Source: Yuukianura sp. NJ FZ-2021 (lineage: Eukaryota). Taken from it: a stretch of DNA of 64,000 nt. The translations under genes and the position numbers were made by a program. The notes under the pieces were generated by a model, which did not search any database, was not told the origin of the DNA, and worked only from the letters and a program-made list of their open reading frames with translations. Of this stretch, positions 55,084 through 64,000 are shown piece after piece (position 1 is the first letter of the stretch; the number at the start of each line of letters is the position of its first letter). Where the stretch lies: NCBI GenBank assembly GCA_046563655.1, contig CM102283.1, positions 4,960,001 through 5,024,000 of the forward strand, given 5' to 3'.

Positions 55084-55959
55084 ATGGCTTCCACAGGAAG
55101 TGATAATGCTCAACCTATGACCTCTGGGTCAACGCATGCGTTGCCCAGAGTGAATGACCTTAAGGCGGTGGTCCGTTCCGTGCCTCTATTTGACGGCAAG
55201 ACGAACGTAGATCTGTTGACCCTGAGGTTGGATGCACTATTGGCATCAGGTGCTCTGGACAGCGTCACGCTGATCCTGAACTTCCATCAATTGATGGAAG
55301 GTGAAGCACAAGAATGGTGGCGCTGGTCACAGGCCAAGTTCATCCGTGACTTGACCTTGGCCAATGCAGCCACAAGGTGGACAGAGCTCAAAGCTGAGCT
55401 TCGATCTTTTTATGACCCCGATGAGGTCAAATTAGAAATGAAGAAAAAATTAAAGGGCATTATACTTGCTAACTGCGACACTCCTTCTGAGTATGTCGCC
55501 AAGCGACTGTCATGTCTGTCGGTCATTGACCCCGACATGTCAGCCGAAAAGCAAGTTGAGAAATTGATTAAGGGTTTACCAGTTTCCATGAGAAACATGA
55601 TGACCCTTGTTGACCCTAAATCGCCTGCTGAATTTTTGCAAAAATTAAGAAAATGTGAAAAACCTACGTTCCATGACAGACGAGGGCAATTTCAAAATGC
55701 AAATTCCAGTAGTTCCAGTTCAGGAACACAAAAATTGAAGTCCAGTGACGGAAAGGAAACACCTTCAACGTCAGATACTGATTTGAATAAAAATTCAAAT
55801 CAACATTTCAAAAAACGAAAATACTGCACATTTTGTAAAAAGCCCGGTCATACATTGGATGACTGTTGGCACAAAAACAAAACCAAATCGGGAAGTGCTT
55901 CTTTCTCCTCAGCAGTTTTACCCGAGGAACAAACTGAGGAGACAAACACAAAAAACTAA
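55084..55959 (+). CDS. gag: Gag (291 aa): capsid-like region plus CCHC zinc knuckle
   Basis: VPLFDG, MEGEAQEWW, LIKGL capsid-like motifs; CTFCKKPGHTLDDC knuckle; position right after the PBS. Confidence 0.92.
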   Translation: MASTGSDNAQPMTSGSTHALPRVNDLKAVVRSVPLFDGKTNVDLLTLRLDALLASGALDSVTLILNFHQLMEGEAQEWWRWSQAKFIRDLTLANAATRWTELKAELRSFYDPDEVKLEMKKKLKGIILANCDTPSEYVAKRLSCLSVIDPDMSAEKQVEKLIKGLPVSMRNMMTLVDPKSPAEFLQKLRKCEKPTFHDRRGQFQNANSSSSSSGTQKLKSSDGKETPSTSDTDLNKNSNQHFKKRKYCTFCKKPGHTLDDCWHKNKTKSGSASFSSAVLPEEQTEETNTKN

Positions 55960-56002
55960 TTGTCACGGGTGATTACGCACACCCTAATTTAAAAACAGCG
56001 TA
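55950..56002 (+). promoter_or_regulatory. -1 programmed ribosomal frameshift signal (gag-pol)
   Basis: Slippery heptamer A AAA AAC (55950-55956) sits immediately before the gag stop, and the -1 frame is open into pol. Possible H-type pseudoknot: GGGTG/CACCC (55967-55971/55980-55984) and TACGC/GCGTA (55974-55978/55998-56002). Confidence 0.8.
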
Positions 56003-59000
56003 TAATTACAGTTTACAAAAAGTAAACAAACCTAAAATAGTTCAAAATACACTAATATTTGAAAATTCAAATTTTTCAAAAAATCAAAATCAATCCAGTA
56101 CTAGCGAAAGTTACGCTAGTAAAGTTAAACAAAATTTAAATAAAGTCAATTATTTTACGGAATCAGTTCCGGAAACCTCTGTAGAGGGCACTAAAGTGCA
56201 AGTGCCGTTCAGAAAATGGCGGTACGGTCCAAAACTTTTTACCGAACTTACGTTCGGTGACAAAACTTTCAAAATTCAAGTTGATGAAGGAGCTAACTTT
56301 AGCAGCATCGGCTTGGACTTTCTGAATGACCTTCAAGGTCAAATTCACAAACGATACAAAATTCCACCTGTCATAGTCAATACTGCCAACAGCCAAACAA
56401 GCATAGATGAAATGGTTGAATTGAAGTTCCACTTCAACGATGTACTCACAATTTGGGGATTTCACGTAATGAAGGGACTCAAGCCAAAAATGCTACTTGG
56501 GACTGATTGGACAACAAGAGACTTGAATAAACAGGAATTCACAAATATCGATGATGAAATACCAATTACTAATTGTCCTAAAAATGAGGAAAAATCGCAA
56601 CCAAATAAATTTAAACTGACAAAAACAGTACGGCTTCAAGCCAGAATGACCTCCAAGGTCGCTGTAAAGTCAGATAAAATTATTTCTGGTTCAATTATTA
56701 TGAATCCCAACATGACACTTTATGAGACACATGCCTTACTTCAACCTCATGTCTATTCAATTGTCAGGGATCATGAAACCGAATTATGGATCACAAATTT
56801 AAATGATTTTGAAGTGACCTTGAACAAAGGCACGACAATTGCATATGGCGAAATTTGTCCACCAAAGAAAAACATTTATGTATTCACTGAAGATGGCGAC
56901 ACCATCGATTCAGGGGAACAAACTTTTGGAAATTTCGATCCAAAACTAGGAGACAATTTGTCCAATGAACAGAAAAATGAAATGAGAAATTTAATAAATC
57001 AATTTCCAATGCTATTTGCGGAAGATGAGACCGAATTAGGGAAAACAAGCCTTGTTCGTCATCAAATTGACACGGGCACAAATCCTCCAATTAGGAATTA
57101 CCCCTATCGAGTTTCTTATCCACAAAGAAGCAAAATTAAGGAAAAAATAAATAAGCTTCTTGAAAGTGACATTATTGAAGAGTCAATTTCTCCTTGGTCA
57201 TCTCCAGTAATACTCGTTCCTAAAAAGGACGGAAGTTCAAGACTGGTGATTGACTATAGAAAATTAAATGCAATTACTAAGAAAAACTCTTATCCATTGC
57301 CTAGAATGGACGATGCATTGGATAGACTGTCAGGTGCCAAGTACTTTACTGTACTAGATTTGCTATCTGGGTTCTACCAAATCGAGTTAGACCCAAAAGA
57401 CAAAGAAAAAACGGCATTTATAACTCCTGACGGCCTGTACCAATTTAAGAGACTGCCTATGGGACTCTGTAATGCTCCATCTAGTTTCCAATATTTAATG
57501 GATTTGGTTTTATTAAACTTGAAATGGAACATTGTACTCGTTTACTTGGATGACCTTGTTGTTTGGGGAAGGACTTTTGAAGAGCACAATTCTAGACTCT
57601 TCACTGTTTTAAACCGACTCAAAGAAGCGGGACTAACCCTAAAAATCAGTAAATGTGTTTTTGGAACAAATAAACTTAATTACTTGGGCCACATAATATC
57701 TGAAGATGGAATTCAAGTAGATCCGAATAAAACAATTGCAATTGACAATTTTCCAATTCCAAAAAACCAGACCGACATTAAATCATTCTTAGGAATGTGC
57801 GGTTATTATAGACGATTTATTCAAAATTTTGGCAAAATTGCAATTCCTCTCACCCTTTTGACAAGAAAGAATCAAAAATTTGACTGGGGTGAAAAACAAA
57901 ATGAATCCTTTCAAAAACTAAAAGCATGTTTGGTCAAAAGTCCAATTTTGTCATATCCAATGGACAATGTCCCAACGGAAGTGCACTGTGATAGCAGTGG
58001 GTATGGAATCGGGGCAACCCTGGTCCAAATCCAAAATGGAAAACCCTGCGTCATAGCTTACGCTAGCCGAAGTATGACAGAAGCGGAACGAAAATATTCA
58101 GGACCCGAACAAGAATGTCTAGCAGTAGTCTTTTCTGTCAAAAAGTTTAGGCCATACATTTATGGAACCAAATATACAGTGTACACTGATCACTATGCCC
58201 TAAAATGGTTGTTTTCCATTAAAGATGTCAACAGTAGGCTGGCTAGATGGTCAATTACACTGCAAAATCAGGACATGACTATTGTACATAGACCAGGGAA
58301 AACTGCGAATGACGTTGACCCCTTGTCACGTTACCCAGTTGACCCACCAGAGAGCATGGACAGCTCTGAAGTTCTTGTTTTGGATGGCGTTCCTGACTTG
58401 TTTACAATAAACGAATTAAAAGTCAAACAGAGATCTGATCATTTTCTAAAATCCATCATTTTGTTCATTGAGTCTGAGGAAAATGGAGAGTACAATATAC
58501 CTCAACCTAATGTAAAACAATTACAAGACTATAGTTTGCAAAATGGCATTTTATTATTTCCAAATTTTGCACCCTCTGGCAACCAATGGAAAATTGTTCT
58601 TCCAAAATGCTTAAGAAAAGCTGTTCTAGATTCTCTGCATTCTGGAGATTTAGCAGGACATTTTGGAATTACCAAAACTTGGGAGTTAGTCCGAAGTAGG
58701 TTCCATTGGAAAGGAATGTACAAGGATACTAGAAAATATATCCTAGGGTGTGAAGTTTGCCAAAAATTTAGAAAACGAATTGGACCCGACTATAGCTTAA
58801 TGCAAAGCTTTAGCGATGTCACAAAGCCATTCGAAAGAGTAGGCATTGACTGGATTGGGCCCTTCACAAAATCCAAAAATGGCAACAAATATGCTATTGT
58901 TTTCATTGACCACTTCACCCGATACTCAGAAACTGTTGCCGCACCAAGTGCGACAGCAGAAGAGGTGGTAAAAGCCATTAAATCTAAAATTATTTACACT

Positions 59001-60236
59001 CACTCTCTTCCAAAAGAATTTGTGGTTGATAGAGGAAGGCATTTCACTGCAAATTTAGTAAAAGCTGCAGCAGAAGAATTTGGCTTTAAGCTAAAATTCA
59101 CAGCCCCCTACAATCCTCAAGCCAATGGAATGACTGAAAGATGCAACAAGACTCTTAAGAAAATTATTGCCAAAACTGTTGATGAAAACCAGAAAAATTG
59201 GGATTTATGCTTAGAGGAAGCGACATTTGCATATAACATTAAGAAGCATTCATCAACTGATTTTTCTCCATTTTATTTGGTTTTTGGTCGAGAAGCAGTT
59301 TTACCAATTGATTTACAGCTTCCTAATTTTGACTCTGACCAAGAACTAGATTTTGAGGAATTAGAGTACAATAGACACAAAGCTCAATTAAAATCTAATG
59401 AAAATCATCAAAAGTCAAAAATTAGAGTTAATGAGAACCGACATGAACATGATTTTCAAGTGGGCGAACTTGTTTTAAGATCAAAGCCAATTAAAAAGAA
59501 AGGTCTTTCCAAAGCATTTATTGCACAAAAGGATGGGCCATACAAAATCTTAAAACAAACCAGTCCTGTGAATTATGAAATTAAAAAACTAAATAGCAAG
59601 TCAAAAAAGCTAATTGTTCATGTTAAGGACTTAGAACATTTTAATTCTGAATTTGTGCCCAGCTCTGACAGTGATAGTGAAAGTGAAAGTAGCGTCACTG
59701 ATCAGAAGTGTAAAATTAACCAAAACAAACAAAAAGGTGATTCCCCTGCTATAAGCCCAGTAAAGAGGGAGAGGGAGAAGCCAGTGCAAAAGAGTACACA
59801 CTCCACTCACTCTATTCCCCCATCTCATTCTTCACAGTCAGCTGTAACTGACAACAAAAGTCAGAATTCAAAAATAAGCAAATACAGTTCAAATAGGGAA
59901 ATTAGTAGTGGTCACCGTTCCTTGTCCAACAGACAAATTAGTTCGAATGACTCTAGGTCATTGGCACGCCGTGTGCAAAATTCTGCTCCAGAAAGTGACA
60001 GTGACTGTGACAATGTGAGTGACCTCGAGGTTATAAATACCTCTGCCGACGAAAGACGACATGTCAGTTCATCGTCATCTTCGGAAGAAGAAGGAAGTCC
60101 AGCCTGGAACCCTCCAAAGGTCAACTCCACTCCAAAGGTCATCTCTGTTCCGCCAAAGGTCACCGAGCCCGCCAGAAAGTCAACTCGCCAAAGGAAAGTC
60201 CCTGACAGATTCGGAGCCTGGGTCACTGACTACTAG
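55953..60236 (+). CDS. pol: Pol polyprotein (protease, RT, RNase H, integrase, long Ser-rich tail), translated as a Gag-Pol fusion
   Basis: Protease VDEGANFSSI; RT SPWSSPVILVPKK, LPMGLCNAP, YLDD; RNase H CDSSGYGIGA, YTDH; integrase HHCC, GIDWIG / VDRG / ERCN and GPY. The ORF-track start (GTG at 56196) is internal to the open -1 frame. Confidence 0.95.
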   Translation, partial: KLIVTGDYAHPNLKTAYNYSLQKVNKPKIVQNTLIFENSNFSKNQNQSSTSESYASKVKQNLNKVNYFTESVPETSVEGTKVQVPFRKWRYGPKLFTELTFGDKTFKIQVDEGANFSSIGLDFLNDLQGQIHKRYKIPPVIVNTANSQTSIDEMVELKFHFNDVLTIWGFHVMKGLKPKMLLGTDWTTRDLNKQEFTNIDDEIPITNCPKNEEKSQPNKFKLTKTVRLQARMTSKVAVKSDKIISGSIIMNPNMTLYETHALLQPHVYSIVRDHETELWITNLNDFEVTLNKGTTIAYGEICPPKKNIYVFTEDGDTIDSGEQTFGNFDPKLGDNLSNEQKNEMRNLINQFPMLFAEDETELGKTSLVRHQIDTGTNPPIRNYPYRVSYPQRSKIKEKINKLLESDIIEESISPWSSPVILVPKKDGSSRLVIDYRKLNAITKKNSYPLPRMDDALDRLSGAKYFTVLDLLSGFYQIELDPKDKEKTAFITPDGLYQFKRLPMGLCNAPSSFQYLMDLVLLNLKWNIVLVYLDDLVVWGRTFEEHNSRLFTVLNRLKEAGLTLKISKCVFGTNKLNYLGHIISEDGIQVDPNKTIAIDNFPIPKNQTDIKSFLGMCGYYRRFIQNFGKIAIPLTLLTRKNQKFDWGEKQNESFQKLKACLVKSPILSYPMDNVPTEVHCDSSGYGIGATLVQIQNGKPCVIAYASRSMTEAERKYSGPEQECLAVVFSVKKFRPYIYGTKYTVYTDHYALKWLFSIKDVNSRLARWSITLQNQDMTIVHRPGKTANDVDPLSRYPVDPPESMDSSEVLVLDGVPDLFTINELKVKQRSDHFLKSIILFIESEENGEYNIPQPNVKQLQDYSLQNGILLFPNFAPSGNQWKIVLPKCLRKAVLDSLHSGDLAGHFGITKTWELVRSRFHWKGMYKDTRKYILGCEVCQKFRKRIGPDYSLMQSFSDVTKPFERVGIDWIGPFTKSKNGNKYAIVFIDHFTRYSETVAAPSATAEEVVKAIKSKIIYTHSLPKEFVVDRGRHFTANLVKAAAEEFGFKLKFTAPYNPQANGMTERCNKTLKKIIAKTVDENQKNWDLCLEEATFAYNIKKHSSTDFSPFYLVFGREAVLPIDLQLPNFDSDQELDFEELEYNRHKAQLKSNENHQKSKIRVNENRHEHDFQVGELVLRSKPIKKKGLSKAFIAQKDGPYKILKQTSPVNYEIKKLNSKSKKLIVHVKDLEHFNSEFVPSSDSDSESESSVTDQKCKINQNKQKGDSPAISPVKREREKPVQKSTHSTHSIPPSHSSQSAVTDNKSQNSKISKYSSNREISSGHRSLSNRQISSNDSRSLARRVQNSAPESDSDCDNVSDLEVINTSADERRHVSSSSSSEEEGSPAWNPPKVNSTPKVISVPPKVTEPARKSTRQRKVPDRFGAWVTDY

Positions 60237-60237
60237 A

Positions 60238-60956
60238 ATGGACATGGAACAGGAAGAACAACTATTGAACATGGATGAAGACTTGGGTAAGTCTAAATGT
60301 CCAGCTTTTCATGAAAGGTCATGAAAGGTCATTGTTTTTGTTCTATTCGTTGTGACATTTCGTGTAATGTCACGGCAATGTTCAGTCATTGCCCCACTAC
60401 GTCTACACTTTTCAAAATTTCTAATATTTCTTTTATTTTTTCAGATTCTCTCCAGCCGATGTCTCCAGTCTCACTCAACACTACTTCATCTACGATTCCG
60501 ATGCCGTCTACGTCAAAACCGCCAACCGTTCCGACTCTAATCAACTGTAATCCACCGGATGGAAGAATGGATTTCTCGAAATGGCGTATCCCTAAAAGAC
60601 CGATGACGGACGGGGAGTCACAGACTGTGAGACAACCGAGTAGAGCGGAGAAACGGCCATTCAACTTTGCCAGAATGTCAACGGCCTTGCCGCCGCGGGA
60701 ACGTCCCCCAAAACACAACAATTCATCAACTTCTAACCAATCCTCGTCACCTTCAACTTCTGGAGATTCTCCAATTCTGGTCCTGAGCAACGTTGGTCAG
60801 CTCAAAGCTGCTGTGGAGTCAATGACCCATCATCGACCTCGACCCAGACGATGCTTCACTTGTCAACGTGTTGGACACAGAGCAAAACACTGCTTCGTAC
60901 GTCGACCCCGTCAAGTTCCACGTAACCCAGATGCTCCAGGAGAAACATCCATTTAA
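60238..60956 (+). CDS. Predicted two-exon accessory ORF3 of the Gypsy element (exon 1 60238-60286, intron 60287-60444, exon 2 60445-60956; 186 aa, C-terminal CCHC knuckle)
   Basis: ATG 1 nt after the pol stop; donor G|GTAAGT; branch-like TTCTAAT plus polypyrimidine tract and TTTCAG| acceptor. The phase-1 join is in frame (MDMEQEEQLLNMDEDL-D-SLQPMSP...). Contains CFTCQRVGHRAKHC and stops at the PPT. Confidence 0.7.
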
Positions 60957-60967
60957 GGTGGTAGGAA
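60955..60967 (+). promoter_or_regulatory. Polypurine tract
   Basis: AAGGTGGTAGGAA directly before the 3' LTR. Confidence 0.75.
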
Positions 60968-61372
60968 TGTTAGGAAAAACATAACGTCAACTTTTCTTAA
61001 AAGTTCATTTGAGTTCACATGCTAATTATCTGTCTTTTCGTTAAAGTTCATTTTCTGCAGAACAAAAGACATTTTCCTTTTGTTAGAGATCTAAAATTAG
61101 AAGTCTAATTTACTCATGCTAATTTGGAGTTACTCGTAACTCCTCGTTTCCGTTTTGATGTTTCTTTCTGACCGTATAAATACGGCCAGCACCCAGCCTA
61201 GAACATTCATTCTTTTCCTTCCAGTCTTTCTGGAACATTCCCTACTTGTAAGGCCTCACAGCGAGGTCAAGGACTTAGTGTCCTTATCCCTATTGTATTG
61301 AATAAAGACAATAACTTCATTCTTATTGCAAACTTGCAAAGTCGTCTACGGAGTTACATTCATTTCAGTACA
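60968..61372 (+). repeat. 3' LTR
   Basis: Direct repeat of 54653-55057, followed by TSD ATAC. Confidence 0.96.
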
Positions 61373-61869
61373 ATACATAAACGTTGAGTTGTGCATTCAC
61401 ATGAACCAATTATGATTTAAAAGAAAGGATATTCGACTCATCCTCCTCAGCGTTCAATTTTGTGCATGATGCACAAAGCTAAATTTCGATATCAGTATTT
61501 TGACGCCGTTTGGTTCACGCTGTTTTCGCTAATAAGTACATTGCCACGGCAACACCGATAATACATTATGTGCATCCTGCTCAACAAATTAAGAACATCA
61601 ATTTAGTGCAAATATTTTGGGGCGCAAAACTGGAACATGATTTTATTGCATTTAAATGCCATTGGCAACCCAGTTTTGGTGTAACGCATGTACAAAATAG
61701 GACCTCACATCCGCGCTGAAAATTTTGAGCGACGTTTTGGTACATACGCTACATCAAAACGGTTTCTCAGTACTTCTACAGTTTTGAGGCAGGCCGGCTT
61801 AAGTCGCATCAATTGTCAACTCCCTCCAGAAGACCTATGCTCAACCCTTGAGCATTGCCCTACCTTGTT

Positions 61870-62760
61870 TATATTCTCGAGGAATGTGTGCATAGACAGT
61901 TTAGTGTTGCTTTGTTGTTTCATTTTTTAAATCGTAGACGCATGTTAGCAGCCAAAGAATCCTTGTTATTAAAGTTTAAGCGTGCTCCGAAATGCTTAAA
62001 CCTCTTCAGCCAGAAATACTGCACAGCAAGAGCTACATATTCTAAGCAGGTCTGTCCTTCTACAAAATCTGCATCACCCGAACGGAGGATTGTTTGTAGT
62101 CATTTGGGAGATGGCAACAATACGTGTACTCTGGATTAACCCATTCCACAAGTGTAGTTCCGATATAATGCTTCTTCAATTGAATCCAACGCATGTTCTG
62201 CAAATGCAAGTGCAAGTGACGTAGTAACAATCCCTTTGTAACCATTTGTGAGCAACAAGGCCATCAACAGAAATGTTGCGGTAAACGCTTGTAGCCCCTT
62301 GCCCCGTATGCCTGGGATATTGGACAATGATGGTCCGACTTCCAATAAAGTTGCGTAAATAAACAACGGAACTTGATATGATACAGCTTGGTATTGCGGG
62401 CAAACAAAGAAAAATATGCAAATAAATGCCAAAGTGGTACACATGACGATCCACGTTCATCTAAGACTGGGTATAATGTTACAGCAGCCGACATCTGGGA
62501 AGGGAGATCGACTGTTTTTTTAACACGATTCGAGGCAAACAATTTTTTTAAACAACGAAAAACTACTTGCAGAAAACTGATATCCAAAATTGTTTGCAGA
62601 AAATCAAAACTTTGAAAAAACTTTGCGGAGAATCGATATGTACCAAAAAGCTTCCAGGAAATAGAGACGTACAAAGCAGCTTTCAGATAATCGACACGAG
62701 CTTGCAAAAATTCTTGCAGGCTTTGACTTTTTTAAAAGAAGAAGTGCGCATGTGGTACCT
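61870..62760 (-). pseudogene. 5'/central part of the same divergent ionotropic-receptor-like gene, with several frameshifts and stops (upstream boundary uncertain)
   Basis: LYPVLDE-(shift)-TWIVMCTTLAFICIF (M1-like), LFIYATLLEVG (pore-loop-like), FLLMALLLTNGYKGIVTTSL (M3-like), then LDSIEEAL. Same strand as, and collinear with, the 53557-54153 fragment once the HINE is removed. Confidence 0.55.
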
Positions 62761-62785
62761 CTTTGAGCAGGATTTCATGAATGTC

Positions 62786-62894
62786 TTTTTTTCGGGCGTC
62801 TCGATTCTCTAGTTGTTTTTCGGCGTCTCAATTCTCTACGAGTTTTTTTTCGACGTCTCAACTCTCGGCTGGTTTTTCTGACGTCTATATTCTC
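62786..62894. repeat. Degenerate ~30-bp minisatellite, 4 copies
   Basis: TTTTTCG(G/A)CGTCTC(A/G)ATTCTC-like unit repeated four times with substitutions. Confidence 0.7.
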
Positions 62895-64000
62895 ATTTAG
62901 CATTGAGCTCCTTCCTAAACCATATATTCTCTACATTGCTCGGTAAGCACAAAGCTATCACAACTTCAGGGGGCGGCAAAAATGCCTTAGCGACCAAAAC
63001 CGATTCTTTATTTGTTTACAATTTCACTCACAGTGACGTCACTCCGAGTGAAAATACAGGTTCATCCGAGTTTTTAAGCTATTTTTAAGTTTGCGGCGAA
63101 AGTATTGAGACTAAAATGCTGAAAATTTTGAACAACACTGTAAATGAGTGAACTCGGAGTCAAAGAAATCCCATAGCAACTCAGTTTTGAAAAAACAATT
63201 TTCAACGACCGTACCTATAAGTATTCTATTTACCTTGTCACAACTTGAGATCTTCAGCTGTACTTTATGGAAATAGTACTTAAAGTATGTGTTGTGGATG
63301 TTAGATGTAGATGTTATATATACAAATAGAAATGAAGCTTCGTCACCGCAAATCGTAACGCGTACTACATAGTTTATATATCATCAAGTCATCTTACCGG
63401 TTTTTATATTGCCGGAACTTCCATTGTATGGAGCCAAAAGAAACTCCCGCAATGAGGGTATTAGGCACTTTGCCGTGAGTGGATGAGACAGGGGATAAGG
63501 AGACAGGGACAACTTTTCATCCCCAACTTTTTAAGAATTATCCACGACAGATTGCCGAGGAGTTTTTCGTTAAGGGGATAATTCCAGGGATAACACATCA
63601 CTTAGCTAGAAGCGCGAATTTGATTTGAAATTTGGATCAATTATGTTTCAAGAAAGAAGGTGTAGCGTCTCGCACCGCTACTCTCCAGAATATGGCCGCA
63701 GCCACGCCCTCTCAGACTCCGAATAAACTCTGAGTCAGCAGACTCATCAACTCCCGAAAGGCCAGAAACTCACCGAAAACAACAGAACCACATCAGTGGT
63801 TAAATATATAAAATATATTTAATAAACTGATGAATAATCGGTGTGACAATCTCAATCACTAATCATAACTACCTCTGATCTCCTCACTCTCAAAACCACA
63901 AAACCAGACTGATCTAACTCTATACAAAAAGCCTATCCTCGCTCGCTCCTCGCCTCTCTTCAAATCTACCGCGAGCCACATCATCATCTCAACCTGCCCC

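Larger units (their letters stand above)
54653..61372 (+). mobile_element. Full-length Ty3/Gypsy LTR retrotransposon (6720 bp), apparently intact
   Basis: Two 405-bp LTRs (TGTTA..GTACA) and a 4-bp TSD ATAC at 54649-54652 and 61373-61376. Gag and pol are uninterrupted, with domain order PR-RT-RH-IN. Confidence 0.97.
54154..61869 (+). mobile_element. DINE-1/HINE-like non-autonomous Helentron (Helitron2) element, ~1 kb, split by the Gypsy insertion
   Basis: T-run start. 11-bp subTIRs GTCTTCTGGAG (54158-54168) and CTCCAGAAGAC (61824-61834). 5' nested hairpin TAGTCTTCT..GCACGTC-TAC-GACGTGC..AGAAGACTA (54156-54199). (GTCC)n at 54213-54227. 3' stem-loop ATGCTCAA-CCC-TTGAGCAT (61837-61855), ending CTTGTT. 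No TSD, with T runs at both ends. Confidence 0.85.

Noticed and set aside
60321-60444. Unspliced start of ORF 60321..60956 (MKGHCFCS...) and an env interpretation
   Set aside because: This part lies in the predicted intron, its ATG sits in a small CATGAAAGGT duplication, and the protein has no signal peptide, furin-site/fusion-peptide arrangement or TM anchor.
55410-60790. Short antisense or off-frame ORFs within the Gypsy element
   Set aside because: They overlap gag, pol or ORF3 and have no recognisable motifs.
54167-61942. Alternative element boundaries: 9-bp inverted repeat CGTCTACGA/TCGTAGACG with CA (or AGACGCA) direct repeat, resembling a recombinase att site
   Set aside because: The left copy is part of the HINE 5' hairpin. 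The HINE ends (11-bp subTIRs, GTCC tract, 3' stem-loop, CTTGTT) explain the insertion better, so this is treated as coincidence.
61510-63088. Plus-strand ORFs after the 3' LTR
   Set aside because: They lie in the non-coding HINE or antisense to the receptor-like pseudogene and have no motifs.
63300-64000. Possible promoter or start of another element at the window end
   Set aside because: AT-rich and CA-rich tracts are present, but I could not define termini, an ORF or a repeat partner within the window.

Overview
Eukaryotic DNA, probably from an arthropod, at the edge of a satellite-rich (peri)centromere-like block. The first 52 kb are three tandem satellites: Sat-202/211 (1-29909, with a ~1 kb inverted block at 29909-30869), Sat-155 (30869-49117) and Sat-271/269 (49121-52317). 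By eye they share collinear motifs and switch orientation at each junction. Sat-155 carries two insertions about 20 bp apart in monomer coordinates: a 5'-truncated CRE-like RT/RLE non-LTR retrotransposon (10-bp TSD, poly-A tail) and a hAT-type MITE (8-bp TSD). Beyond the satellites are a probable solo LTR, two fold-back MITE-like copies and a decayed ionotropic-receptor-like gene on the minus strand. That gene is split by a DINE-1/HINE-type (Helentron-associated) element, which itself contains an apparently intact 6.7-kb Ty3/Gypsy element (405-bp LTRs, ATAC TSD, gag / -1 frameshift / pol). The most unusual item is a third Gypsy ORF between pol and the polypurine tract: it is not env-like, appears to contain a spliceosomal intron, and would encode a ~186-aa acidic/disordered protein ending in a CCHC zinc knuckle. 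All alignments and counts were made by eye; no database searches were run.
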